32,000 nt of DNA from Candidatus Brocadia sp. (GTDB lineage: Bacteria > Planctomycetota > Brocadiia > Brocadiales > Brocadiaceae): positions 2,070,001-2,102,000 of the forward strand of contig CP091279.1 of the NCBI GenBank assembly GCA_021650915.1, read 5' to 3'. The translations under genes and the position numbers were made by a program. Positions 1-8,047 of this stretch are shown here, piece after piece; the stretch's first letter is position 1, and each line of letters opens with the position of its first letter. The notes below the pieces were generated by a model, which had not been told where the DNA came from, ran no database searches, and worked only from the letters and a program-made list of their open reading frames with translations.

Positions 1-1
1 G

Positions 2-151
2 AATCTGATTCATCGTGTGGATACTGTTCAAGCCGCCTTTGAAGTTCTCAAAAATTGTCTGCCGAAAGAAAAAGAAGGGGTTTGCCCCGCGATTGCAAAG
101 GCGAAGTTTTCAAAACCGCGGAAGGAAGATACAAAGCATGGCTTTAGTTAA
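2..151 (+). CDS. 3' end of an unidentified CDS that enters from the left edge
   Basis: Frame 2 is open from the window edge to a TAA at 149-151 (translation ends ...KAKFSKPRKEDTKHGFS*). The stop lies 8 nt before the glgP ATG, which suggests co-transcription. I recognised no motif. Confidence 0.3.
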   Translation, partial: NLIHRVDTVQAAFEVLKNCLPKEKEGVCPAIAKAKFSKPRKEDTKHGFS

Positions 152-159
152 AGGGAAAC

Positions 160-2295
160 ATGACAGATCAGATTCAAGATAAATTTAAATACATCCCGGA
201 TAGGATTTCAGGTCTCGTTGAATTAGCGTACAATCTCTGGTGGAGCTGGCATCCTGAGGCAAGGATGCTTTTCAAGATGCTCGATCGCGCCACATGGAAG
301 ATAAGCATACACAACCCCGTAAAAACGCTTCATGAAGTTGATAAAAAAATCCTGAATGAAACCGTGCGTGATCAAAAGTTCCTCAGGCATTACGACGCAG
401 TTATGGCACGATTCAAATCCGATATGATTACAAACGGCGGTTGGTTCTCTCATAATATTTCTGATCCCAACATATTGCCTATTGCCTACTTTTCTGCTGA
501 ATACGGCCTTCACCATTCCCTCCCTTTTTATGCAGGAGGCCTCGGTTTTCTTGCAGGAGACTTTATAAAGGAATGTAGCGATCTTAAAGTGCCTTTGGTA
601 GCGGTTGGATTTATGTATCCGGGCGGATATTTGAAGCAACGAATTAAACCTGACGGATGGCAGGTAAGCGAAAGTGAAATACTGGACAGGGAAAATGCCC
701 CAATTTATCGTATATTTGATAGCAAAGGAAACCGTCTGGTAGTGAAAGTGCCCTTTATCGACCCCCCTATCTATGTTGAAGTCTGGAAGGTTCAGGTTGG
801 CAAGGTATCCCTGTATCTGATGGATACGGACATCGACGTGAATGACCCTTGGAACCGCGACATCTCAGACCGTTTATACAGCGGAGGGCAGGAGCTTCGG
901 TTAAGACAGGAAATTATCCTGGGAATAGGCGGTGCACAAGTGCTCAATACGCTTGGGATAAAACACTCCGTCCTTCATTTAAACGAGGGCCATCCGGCCT
1001 TTGCCATCCTTGAAAGAATCAGAGAAAGGGTTGAAAGTGGCATGAAATACCAGGATGCCCTTGATCAGGTGAAGGCAACGACGGTATTTACCACCCACAC
1101 CCCGGTACCGGCAGGTCATGACGTGTTCCCCTTTCCGTTGATGGAAAAGTATTTTAGCGCCTATTGGCCCGTGCTTGGACTAGATCGTGATACTTTTTTC
1201 AACCTGGGAATTAATCCCGAAGCGCCAAATGCAGGATTTAATATGACTGCATTCGCGCTCAGAATGTCCTCCTATCACAACGGCGTAAGTAAAAAACATG
1301 GAGAAGTTGCGAAACGGATGTGGAAATCTCTCTGGCCGGATATCCCGGAAGAAAAAACACCTATTGATTACATTACGAATGGAATTCACGTCCCAACCTG
1401 GATTGAGCCGAAAGTGCAATTTCTTTTCAACAAATATTTGGGATACAACTGGTTGGCAGACCACGATGACCGGGATATCTGGAAACTCATCTATGACATT
1501 CCGGATGAAGAACTATGGAACATCCATTCCTGGTTAAAGATGAAATTAATAATAAATATCCGGGAAAGGGCAAGAAGAAGATGGCACAATGATAAGGCAG
1601 ACACACAGATAATTATCGCTTCAGGAGTACTCCTTGACCCCAATATATTGACACTGGGTTTTGCCCGAAGATTTGCCACCTATAAGAGGGCCACATTAAT
1701 TTTGCACAATATTGAGCGCCTCAGGAATATGCTTAATGATCTCCGGAGACCCGTACAGATTATCTTTGCGGGAAAGGCCCATCCCGACGATAACCCCGGA
1801 AAACAGCTTTTGCAACAAATATTTAATGCGGCAAAGGACCCGTCTTTCGGTGGCCGAATAGTTTTCGTTGAGGACTACGACGAACAATTAGCGCAATATC
1901 TTGTGCACGGTGTTGATATATGGCTGAACAATCCTCTTCCGCCGCTTGAAGCATCTGGCACAAGTGGAATGAAGGCGTCTCTGAACGGCGTCCCCCAACT
2001 GAGCATTCTCGACGGTTGGTGGTTAGAAGGGTTCAATGGTAAAAATGGCTGGGGCTTTGGTGGTAGTGCCGATAATAGTGAAAACAGGAATGTCGCCGAC
2101 TCCGATGCCTTGTATACACTCCTGGAGAATGAAATAATCCCAACCTATTATCGTGTCGATGATGCCGGAGTGCCTCGTGATTGGGTTAAGGTTATGAAAG
2201 AAGCGATAGAAAGCACTTCCCCCCTATTCAGCGCCCGGAGAATGGTGAAGGAATATGCGATAAAGTTCTACCAAAACGCATTGAAATCGGTATAA
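160..2295 (+). CDS. glgP: alpha-glucan (glycogen/maltodextrin) phosphorylase, GT35 family
   Basis: 711-aa ORF of the size and layout typical of the short bacterial alpha-glucan phosphorylases. It has EGHPAF, TTHTPVPAGHD and the PLP-lysine motif EASGTSGMKASLNG near the C-terminus. Confidence 0.93.
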   Translation: MTDQIQDKFKYIPDRISGLVELAYNLWWSWHPEARMLFKMLDRATWKISIHNPVKTLHEVDKKILNETVRDQKFLRHYDAVMARFKSDMITNGGWFSHNISDPNILPIAYFSAEYGLHHSLPFYAGGLGFLAGDFIKECSDLKVPLVAVGFMYPGGYLKQRIKPDGWQVSESEILDRENAPIYRIFDSKGNRLVVKVPFIDPPIYVEVWKVQVGKVSLYLMDTDIDVNDPWNRDISDRLYSGGQELRLRQEIILGIGGAQVLNTLGIKHSVLHLNEGHPAFAILERIRERVESGMKYQDALDQVKATTVFTTHTPVPAGHDVFPFPLMEKYFSAYWPVLGLDRDTFFNLGINPEAPNAGFNMTAFALRMSSYHNGVSKKHGEVAKRMWKSLWPDIPEEKTPIDYITNGIHVPTWIEPKVQFLFNKYLGYNWLADHDDRDIWKLIYDIPDEELWNIHSWLKMKLIINIRERARRRWHNDKADTQIIIASGVLLDPNILTLGFARRFATYKRATLILHNIERLRNMLNDLRRPVQIIFAGKAHPDDNPGKQLLQQIFNAAKDPSFGGRIVFVEDYDEQLAQYLVHGVDIWLNNPLPPLEASGTSGMKASLNGVPQLSILDGWWLEGFNGKNGWGFGGSADNSENRNVADSDALYTLLENEIIPTYYRVDDAGVPRDWVKVMKEAIESTSPLFSARRMVKEYAIKFYQNALKSV

Positions 2296-2564
2296 TGGGT
2301 TCTATTGATTAAGCCACCCCAACACTTATTTTTGAAGAATATCGATTTTGTACTCCACCGATAAAATGACGCCAGCTTTTTTGCGTTTCACGCCCGTATG
2401 GTTAAAACGCCTTTTGGGTTTGCTTATAAAATCGCTCGTTCATTTTTCAAGGAACTAGAGTGTTGCGTTTTTTTAACGCGCGTGTTTTCGTTCAGATACT
2501 ACGCACTGAAAAATCTCTTCTTTTTGCAATTTTTTTTCACTGCATCGTAGCGGGCTGTGCTGCG

Positions 2565-3290
2565 TTAGGATGTTACCTCAAAGAGAAACCCGTTCCCGAC
2601 TTTTGATCGTATGGTAATCTCCCCCGTACAGTAAAAATACCGTCCCGGCGGCAGATTTACCTTTCTGATACCCATATTATCAGCAATCTTCGAGTAGGAA
2701 TCATCTTCCTTATTCAGTACATATTTTTGTGAAGGGTAAAAGATTATACTGCCCACGGAATCTTTTGCGTCTACCTGATACAGCGTCTTTCCAATGACCA
2801 GGGGATTGTCTACTTGAAAATCGATGATCCTCAAGGCTTGTCCTTTAATCACCGTAGGCGAGCCTCTTACGTAAAAACGTCTTTCCTTACTGCTGCTTTC
2901 AAAATAATATTCCGCCTTCTTGATTTCTATATAATCACCTTCCCCGACAACAAAAAGTCCACCCCGAGGCGGTATCTTCCATAGCGTAATATCATCGACG
3001 GAAAGATCTGTTTTTTCATCAAGGGAAAATGGTATATACGCAGGGACATACCCGTCCTTGGCAAAGGTAAGTTTAATATTACCAGGATTATAATTAACAG
3101 AAAATACCCCTGCTGCATCAGAAGTGGTTTTTGATTTTGAGCCGTCGGACAAGGCCTCAATAGCTGCCGAGGGAACGGGCTTGCCAAAGCCATCAATAAC
3201 CCTTCCGCGAAGGGTGCCAGTCTCAAACGCATACAAGGTCTTTACGACACAAAAAAGAGCCATTACAGAAACACATATTTTTCTCATCAT
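2565..3290 (-). CDS. secreted protein with an N-terminal carboxypeptidase-regulatory-like (CarboxypepD_reg) beta-sandwich domain
   Basis: The ORF is open to 3356, but the ATG-ATG at 3290/3287 gives a clean signal peptide (MMRKICVSVMALFCVVKTLYA) and is preceded by AGGA/GGGAAAAG. GTLRGRVIDGFGKPVPSAAIEAL...DAAGVFSV follows the CarboxypepD_reg pattern. The rest of the protein is unrecognised. Confidence 0.6.
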   Translation of the reverse strand: MMRKICVSVMALFCVVKTLYAFETGTLRGRVIDGFGKPVPSAAIEALSDGSKSKTTSDAAGVFSVNYNPGNIKLTFAKDGYVPAYIPFSLDEKTDLSVDDITLWKIPPRGGLFVVGEGDYIEIKKAEYYFESSSKERRFYVRGSPTVIKGQALRIIDFQVDNPLVIGKTLYQVDAKDSVGSIIFYPSQKYVLNKEDDSYSKIADNMGIRKVNLPPGRYFYCTGEITIRSKVGNGFLFEVTS

Positions 3291-3571
3291 GCTTTTCCCA
3301 TTCCTTTTGTTAATGTTTATGCGAGGGTTATTAACTTTTGAAAAATCATCTTTCATATGTTTAACAAATTGGAGGTATGATTGTCAAACACTTAAAAATC
3401 CCTGCGGACAACTGCAGTGTTCTTCATAAAATTTGTGATATGGATCGGGGATAAGATCCGTGTCCTTATTCAGGTAAAGACAACCCTACCCGAAACCAAA
3501 CTTCCCACAGAAAAGGGAAGAACTATAGTAAACATCTCCCGATGCCAAAGCAAAAAATAGAATTTATTTAA

Positions 3572-3600
3572 TTGACAAATATTGTACCTGCCTATATACT
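3572..3600 (+). promoter_or_regulatory. sigma70-type promoter (TTGACA-17 nt-TATACT)
   Basis: TTGACA at 3572-3577, a 17-nt spacer, then TATACT at 3595-3600. It sits about 90 nt upstream of the 3691 start codon. Confidence 0.55.
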
Positions 3601-3690
3601 CCTTTTTTAATTTTTTTACGGTCTCGTAAATAGTTTGGGTTCAATCCTGGCACGTATTAGACAAGAAATTTGGGAAGGAATGAGAATTTT

Positions 3691-4413
3691 ATGAAGAGGA
3701 AATTAAAGTTTGTTCTTATTGGTTTATTTAGTGCATGTCTTTTTCAGGTACACAGCCTTCATGCAAGTGAACGTCTCGATGATGGCATCCTGTGGTCAAC
3801 AAAGACAGAAATCAATGAAAAATACGGAAAACCGACCTACTTGTATTGCGAGGAAGAACCTTTCCGGCGATATATGATTGTTAAACCCGAAGACGAGAGC
3901 AGCCTTAGGGCAACCTTTCTGTACGATGTTGTAGTTCATGATTTTTACTATATCAATAAAAGTGGCAATGATCTTGAGTACCGTTTTTATTACGGCGAAG
4001 ATATGTCTGAAGGGAAGAAAACCTACCGGGTTAAGGAATGCACGATAAAATTTCTTAATAATCCCGTGCCTTTAGGAAGGGTCGCCGAAATTGTGCCCGA
4101 GTTTAAACCAGCTTTCCAATGTTCTAAGGTATTTCAGGAACGTCTGGTTAACTATAACAATATCCGCCTTATCTTTGTCACGGAAAAGGTTAACGATCTT
4201 TCAAAAAAAATCGGGTCTTTGTTTGTCGACCCTGACAAAGATATAAAAGACTGGTCCTTGTCGTATTACGCCATTTTGAGCGATGGTGAACCAGAAAATG
4301 TGTCTTCGAATAGCATGGTTAAGGAAGTTATTATAGCTGTGGACGGTGACTACCGCATTGGAAAAACAGCAAATGCTTTTCGCACGAAGATGATTAAAAA
4401 TCCTTTGCCATAA
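3691..4413 (+). CDS. secreted hypothetical protein
   Basis: The track ORF starts at a TTG at 3670. The ATG at 3691 is preceded by GGAAGGA and yields the signal peptide MKRKLKFVLIGLFSACLFQVHSLHA. No family recognised. Confidence 0.55.
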   Translation: MKRKLKFVLIGLFSACLFQVHSLHASERLDDGILWSTKTEINEKYGKPTYLYCEEEPFRRYMIVKPEDESSLRATFLYDVVVHDFYYINKSGNDLEYRFYYGEDMSEGKKTYRVKECTIKFLNNPVPLGRVAEIVPEFKPAFQCSKVFQERLVNYNNIRLIFVTEKVNDLSKKIGSLFVDPDKDIKDWSLSYYAILSDGEPENVSSNSMVKEVIIAVDGDYRIGKTANAFRTKMIKNPLP

Positions 4414-4440
4414 GCCATACGTGTCTCTAAGAATTTTAAA

Positions 4441-4491
4441 AAGCAGTAATGATAAATGAGCCTCTCATTTTCTTACTGCTTTTTCTTTTTT
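4441..4491 (+). terminator. Rho-independent terminator, possibly bidirectional
   Basis: The outer stem pairs AAGCAGUAA (4441-4449) with UUACUGCUU. An inner stem pairs AAUGAG with CUCAUU around a CCU loop. A UUUUCUUUUUU tract follows, and A/T-rich sequence also precedes the stem, so the element may work on both strands. Confidence 0.7.
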
Positions 4492-4740
4492 AAGAAAGGC
4501 CGCTTGAGAAAAAGAAGGGTCACGTAAAAACTTGTTGTATCGGATGTGGATAAAGCCGAAATGGAAAATCTGCAGAATGAAATTGTCCCCATCTGTGAAC
4601 CCGGCTTAAAAGATATGTTCGCGTGAGATGCCCGGAAGAAAAGGGTTGCGTTTTCAACTGGCAGAAACATCTACCAGCTCCAGGAGATGAAAAAAACCGG
4701 GATTACATTATCTCTGTATTGGTAGAAAGCGTTAAGAGAC

Positions 4741-5364
4741 TTAAGGAAGGGCGGAAGTATCTTTACATTTTATAAGCCGGCACATCTCCAAAAAATTGAC
4801 CCGGCGTTCGGAGAGCACCGAGAGGTTGGCGCACCGCAATAGTTCGTCTAAATCGACGTGCTTCCCTAAACCCATTTTATCTCTGAAAGGAGAAATAAAT
4901 TTCTCGAAGCTTGCAATCACTTTGTTGTTGCAACCCGTATAATTCAAGAGAAAAATTTCACCCTCCTTTTTGCAAACTCTTTTTATCTCGTTTAAAGTCC
5001 GCAGGGGATCAGGTACTACGGTGATTACATGCGAGGCGATGACTTTATCAAAGGTATCGTTCGGGAAACTCATGGATGAAGCATCCATAGTGTAGAGATC
5101 CACATTGGATAAACGGTAATGCTGTTTTTTTCGTTCTGCTTTGTCCAGCATTTCCTGGCTAATGTCTACCCCAACGACCTTGACATTCCTTGCATAGAGA
5201 GGCAGCGACAACCCAGTCCCCACGCCAACTTCCAGTATGGTTTCATTGGCCTTCGCATCCATCATGTGAAAGGCTACATACCGGCCATGTTCAAAAATTC
5301 TCCCAAAAAAGGCATCATAAATCCACGAGTAAAAAGAATATACTTTTTTAATATGCTCACTCAT
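4741..5364 (-). CDS. class I SAM-dependent methyltransferase
   Basis: Motif I is ILEVGVGTGLSLP and post-I is VVGVDISQEMLDKA, followed by FDKVIASHVI. The 207-aa size is typical of Methyltransf_11/25 proteins. Substrate unknown. Confidence 0.85.
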   Translation of the reverse strand: MSEHIKKVYSFYSWIYDAFFGRIFEHGRYVAFHMMDAKANETILEVGVGTGLSLPLYARNVKVVGVDISQEMLDKAERKKQHYRLSNVDLYTMDASSMSFPNDTFDKVIASHVITVVPDPLRTLNEIKRVCKKEGEIFLLNYTGCNNKVIASFEKFISPFRDKMGLGKHVDLDELLRCANLSVLSERRVNFLEMCRLIKCKDTSALP

Positions 5365-5373
5365 AACGCCCCC

Positions 5374-6855
5374 CTACTGATAGCAATCCACTATCGCCTG
5401 ACAAATACCATCCTGTATCTTCTGCATCGCTTTGAGATTGCTAAAATTATTCATAAGAATTGAAAACGCAAACACGTCTCCCTGTGTGGTGTCAATATAC
5501 CCGGAAAGCGTAGATGTCCTTGCAATGTACCCCGTCTTTGCGCGAATTCTACTCCGATATTTCGGGGCATCCATCCGGCGCCGCAATCCTCCGTCTATCC
5601 CTGAAGTAGGCAAAGAGTCCAGCAGCACCTTTCCATATGAATGTTTGCTCATATACGCAAGCAGGGTGGTTAGCATTTCCGGTGAAAGCCGATTGCCTTT
5701 CGATAAACCGCAGCCATCATCAATATAATATTCCCCGGGGCGAAACCCGATTTTGCCCATAAACTCCCGGACAACCTCTATCCCGGCTTCTGACGTACCC
5801 CGCCCTTTTATCTGCGCCCCCAGGGTTTTCATTATTTGTTCGGCATAAAAGTTCTGGCTTTGTTTGTTTGTCACCAGGATTGTTTGTCTCATCGTTGAGG
5901 TGGTTTGGATAATGGGTTCTCCCTCTTCGTCAAAAGAATCGTTCTCATCAATCAACCGGACGCTTCCCTTCACGGCAACACCATTTTTCTCAAGAGTCTC
6001 CTTCAAGACGGTTGCGAGATACAGGGCGGGATTATGAACACTCACCCATGTCTTCTCAGGAGATGCATTGACCCAAAACTTCCCCTTGATCACTATTTCA
6101 TTTGTTCCTGGTTTCCGGGAGATCGCATAACGGTGCTCCTTTTTGTCAGAGGTATAAATACAGGTATTGCGGATGGTAAAATACGAGGTACGAGGCTCAA
6201 CGAAAAGCCGCACAGCTTTACCTGGTCGTTTATCAGGAACAAGGGTGATATCGATACAGTTATCATTAAATGATAAACCGCAACTGGGAGCACAATACCA
6301 TTCTGACAATTGGTTTTCCGGCCAATTTGGATGCGTATAGGCGCGATCAAATATTCTGTCATCCGCTATAATGTCACCGGCAATGACCTGAATCCCTCTC
6401 TTTTTAACAGCACAAGCCCATGATTCCGGTATGGCCATGATGTTGCCATTATAAAACCGTCCCGACAGATTCGGATCGCCACCACCCTTGATGATAAGAT
6501 CCCCGCGAAGCTCACCCGAGTCCGCTATGATGCCACGGGCACAAACCGTTGTTCTGTATTCAAAATCAGGACCGAGATATTCTAAAGCAGCAGCTGTGGT
6601 AAGCAGCTTCATGTTCGAAGCAACACTGAATAAATCATTGTTCCGGTAATTGAATAAAGAGTCGTTTTTCGTAACGGACACAATGCTCACGCCACACGAT
6701 ACGTTTTTCAGGGATGGATTTTTTAAAAACACTTGGAGGCGTTTGTTGAGGTCGTGAGAACCGGCTATCTTTGCTTCTGAAATTGCAGTAAAAAACAAGC
6801 AGGTTACTGCGAAAAACGCAAAGATAGTTACATAGTTGGATCGCCAACACCACAT
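5374..6855 (-). CDS. dacB: D-alanyl-D-alanine carboxypeptidase/endopeptidase, PBP4 (peptidase S13)
   Basis: Signal peptide, an SxxK active-site motif (SVASNMKLLTTAAAL), and the KTGYIARTSTLSGY motif (KTG box). Length of 493 aa fits PBP4. Confidence 0.9.
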   Translation of the reverse strand: MWCWRSNYVTIFAFFAVTCLFFTAISEAKIAGSHDLNKRLQVFLKNPSLKNVSCGVSIVSVTKNDSLFNYRNNDLFSVASNMKLLTTAAALEYLGPDFEYRTTVCARGIIADSGELRGDLIIKGGGDPNLSGRFYNGNIMAIPESWACAVKKRGIQVIAGDIIADDRIFDRAYTHPNWPENQLSEWYCAPSCGLSFNDNCIDITLVPDKRPGKAVRLFVEPRTSYFTIRNTCIYTSDKKEHRYAISRKPGTNEIVIKGKFWVNASPEKTWVSVHNPALYLATVLKETLEKNGVAVKGSVRLIDENDSFDEEGEPIIQTTSTMRQTILVTNKQSQNFYAEQIMKTLGAQIKGRGTSEAGIEVVREFMGKIGFRPGEYYIDDGCGLSKGNRLSPEMLTTLLAYMSKHSYGKVLLDSLPTSGIDGGLRRRMDAPKYRSRIRAKTGYIARTSTLSGYIDTTQGDVFAFSILMNNFSNLKAMQKIQDGICQAIVDCYQ

Positions 6856-6877
6856 AAGTCTTGCAGAAAAAAAGAGA

Positions 6878-7297
6878 TTATTTCCTGCTCTTTGAGTACG
6901 GTCTTGTTTTTTTTGTCACCATAGGCGCACACCGCGCTTTCAACAAATTCTCAATCGTTTGCAAGATAAAAGCCGATTCTAATGGCTTCACAACAAAAAT
7001 ATTGGTACCCGCTTTTAGAAAAGACGACTCAATACGCTTTGATTTTTGGTTGCCCATTACAATAACCGGTATGTTTGGAATTATCCTTCTCATTTCATAT
7101 AAAATTTCTATACCAGAAATCTCCTGAACCGTTGTGCTGATCAGGACAAGATCCATTTTTCTTTCCTGAAGAATGGCTAATGCCACTTGTTTGCTCAGAG
7201 CGACTTCCGTTTCGTAACCGTGCTGTTCAAACAGATCCCGTAAGGTATCTACCGTTTGACGTTCGTCTTCTACGATTAATATTCTTGCAGAAGGCAT
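6878..7297 (-). CDS. single-domain CheY-like receiver protein, atypical (apparently lacks the phospho-acceptor Asp)
   Basis: ARILIVEDERQTVDTLRDLFEQHGYE...VVKPLE shows the receiver-fold pattern and there is no output domain. See the finding on the missing acceptor aspartate. Confidence 0.8.
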   Translation of the reverse strand: MPSARILIVEDERQTVDTLRDLFEQHGYETEVALSKQVALAILQERKMDLVLISTTVQEISGIEILYEMRRIIPNIPVIVMGNQKSKRIESSFLKAGTNIFVVKPLESAFILQTIENLLKARCAPMVTKKTRPYSKSRK

Positions 7298-7347
7298 ACT
7301 CCCCCCTTCACTATTGTTTACAGGATCTCCTGTAAGATTTCCACGTG

Positions 7348-7785
7348 TTACCGCATAGCCCTCTGGATTTCTCTTTCGATGGTACGCTTCTTGATATCTT
7401 CCCGTTTATCGATAGTCGTCTTTCCTCTTACCAGGGCAAGTTCCGCCTTTACCCGTCCTTCCTTGTAATAGAGCGATAAAGGCACCATCGTATATCCTTT
7501 TTGCTTAACCTTCCCGATTATCTTGTTGATCTCTCTTTTATGTAAAAGAAGCTTTCTTATCCTCTTCGGCTCATGATTTTGCCTGTTTCCCTGCTTGTAG
7601 TGCCCGATATGCATCTCATGCATAAAAACCTCCCCGTTATCGACGTGGGCATAACTCTCGTTGATACTTACGTCCTTATTTCGTATTGATTTAACCTCCG
7701 TTCCGGTAAGCACAATACCTGTCTCAAACTTTTCCAGGATTTCATATTGAAAATATGCCTTCCTGTTCTTCGCAATAATTTCCAT
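7348..7785 (-). CDS. smpB: SsrA-binding protein SmpB
   Basis: 145 aa with IAKNRKAYFQYEILEKFETGIVLTGTEVKSIR...LLLHKREINKI...KGYTMVPLSLYYKEGRVKAELALVRGK, which is canonical SmpB. Confidence 0.95.
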   Translation of the reverse strand: MEIIAKNRKAYFQYEILEKFETGIVLTGTEVKSIRNKDVSINESYAHVDNGEVFMHEMHIGHYKQGNRQNHEPKRIRKLLLHKREINKIIGKVKQKGYTMVPLSLYYKEGRVKAELALVRGKTTIDKREDIKKRTIEREIQRAMR

Positions 7786-7886
7786 ACCGTAGGGCGCTTT
7801 AAAAAATACTTGTCAAATAACCAAAATTTGAGCAAAAATCGTAACAAATTACCCTCATGAATGCAAGGCCATTTTCCAAAATTCCG

Positions 7887-7915
7887 TTGACTTACCTACC
7901 CCTTTTTTTTAAAAT
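7887..7915 (+). promoter_or_regulatory. sigma70-type promoter (TTGACT-17 nt-TAAAAT) for tRNA-Leu
   Basis: TTGACT at 7887-7892, a 17-nt spacer, then TAAAAT at 7910-7915. The predicted transcription start falls 1-3 nt before the tRNA 5' end at 7925. Confidence 0.6.
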
Positions 7916-7924
7916 CTTTTACGA

Positions 7925-8008
7925 GCCGAAGTGGCGGAATTGGCAGACGCGCTAGATTCAGGGTCTAGTCCCGGCAACGGGGTCAGGGTTCAACTCCCTG
8001 CTTCGGCA
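7925..8008 (+). tRNA. tRNA-Leu (anticodon CAG), type II with a long variable arm, no encoded CCA
   Basis: Hand-folded. The acceptor stem pairs GCCGAAG with CUUCGGC and the discriminator is A. The anticodon stem pairs CUAGA with UCUAG around the loop UUCAGGG. The variable arm is CCCG-GCAA-CGGG. The T arm pairs CAGGG with CCCUG around the loop UUCAACU. Confidence 0.9.
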
Positions 8009-8047
8009 TTTTTTAATTTTTTTTGTTTTTGGAGAAGAAAGAAACGT

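Noticed and set aside
7931-8047. N-terminal 39 codons of the track ORF 7931-9238 (MAELADALDSGSSPGNGVRVQLPAS...)
   Set aside because: This stretch is the translation of tRNA-Leu and its T-rich trailer. The conserved protein begins at the ATG at 8048, which has its own GGAG.
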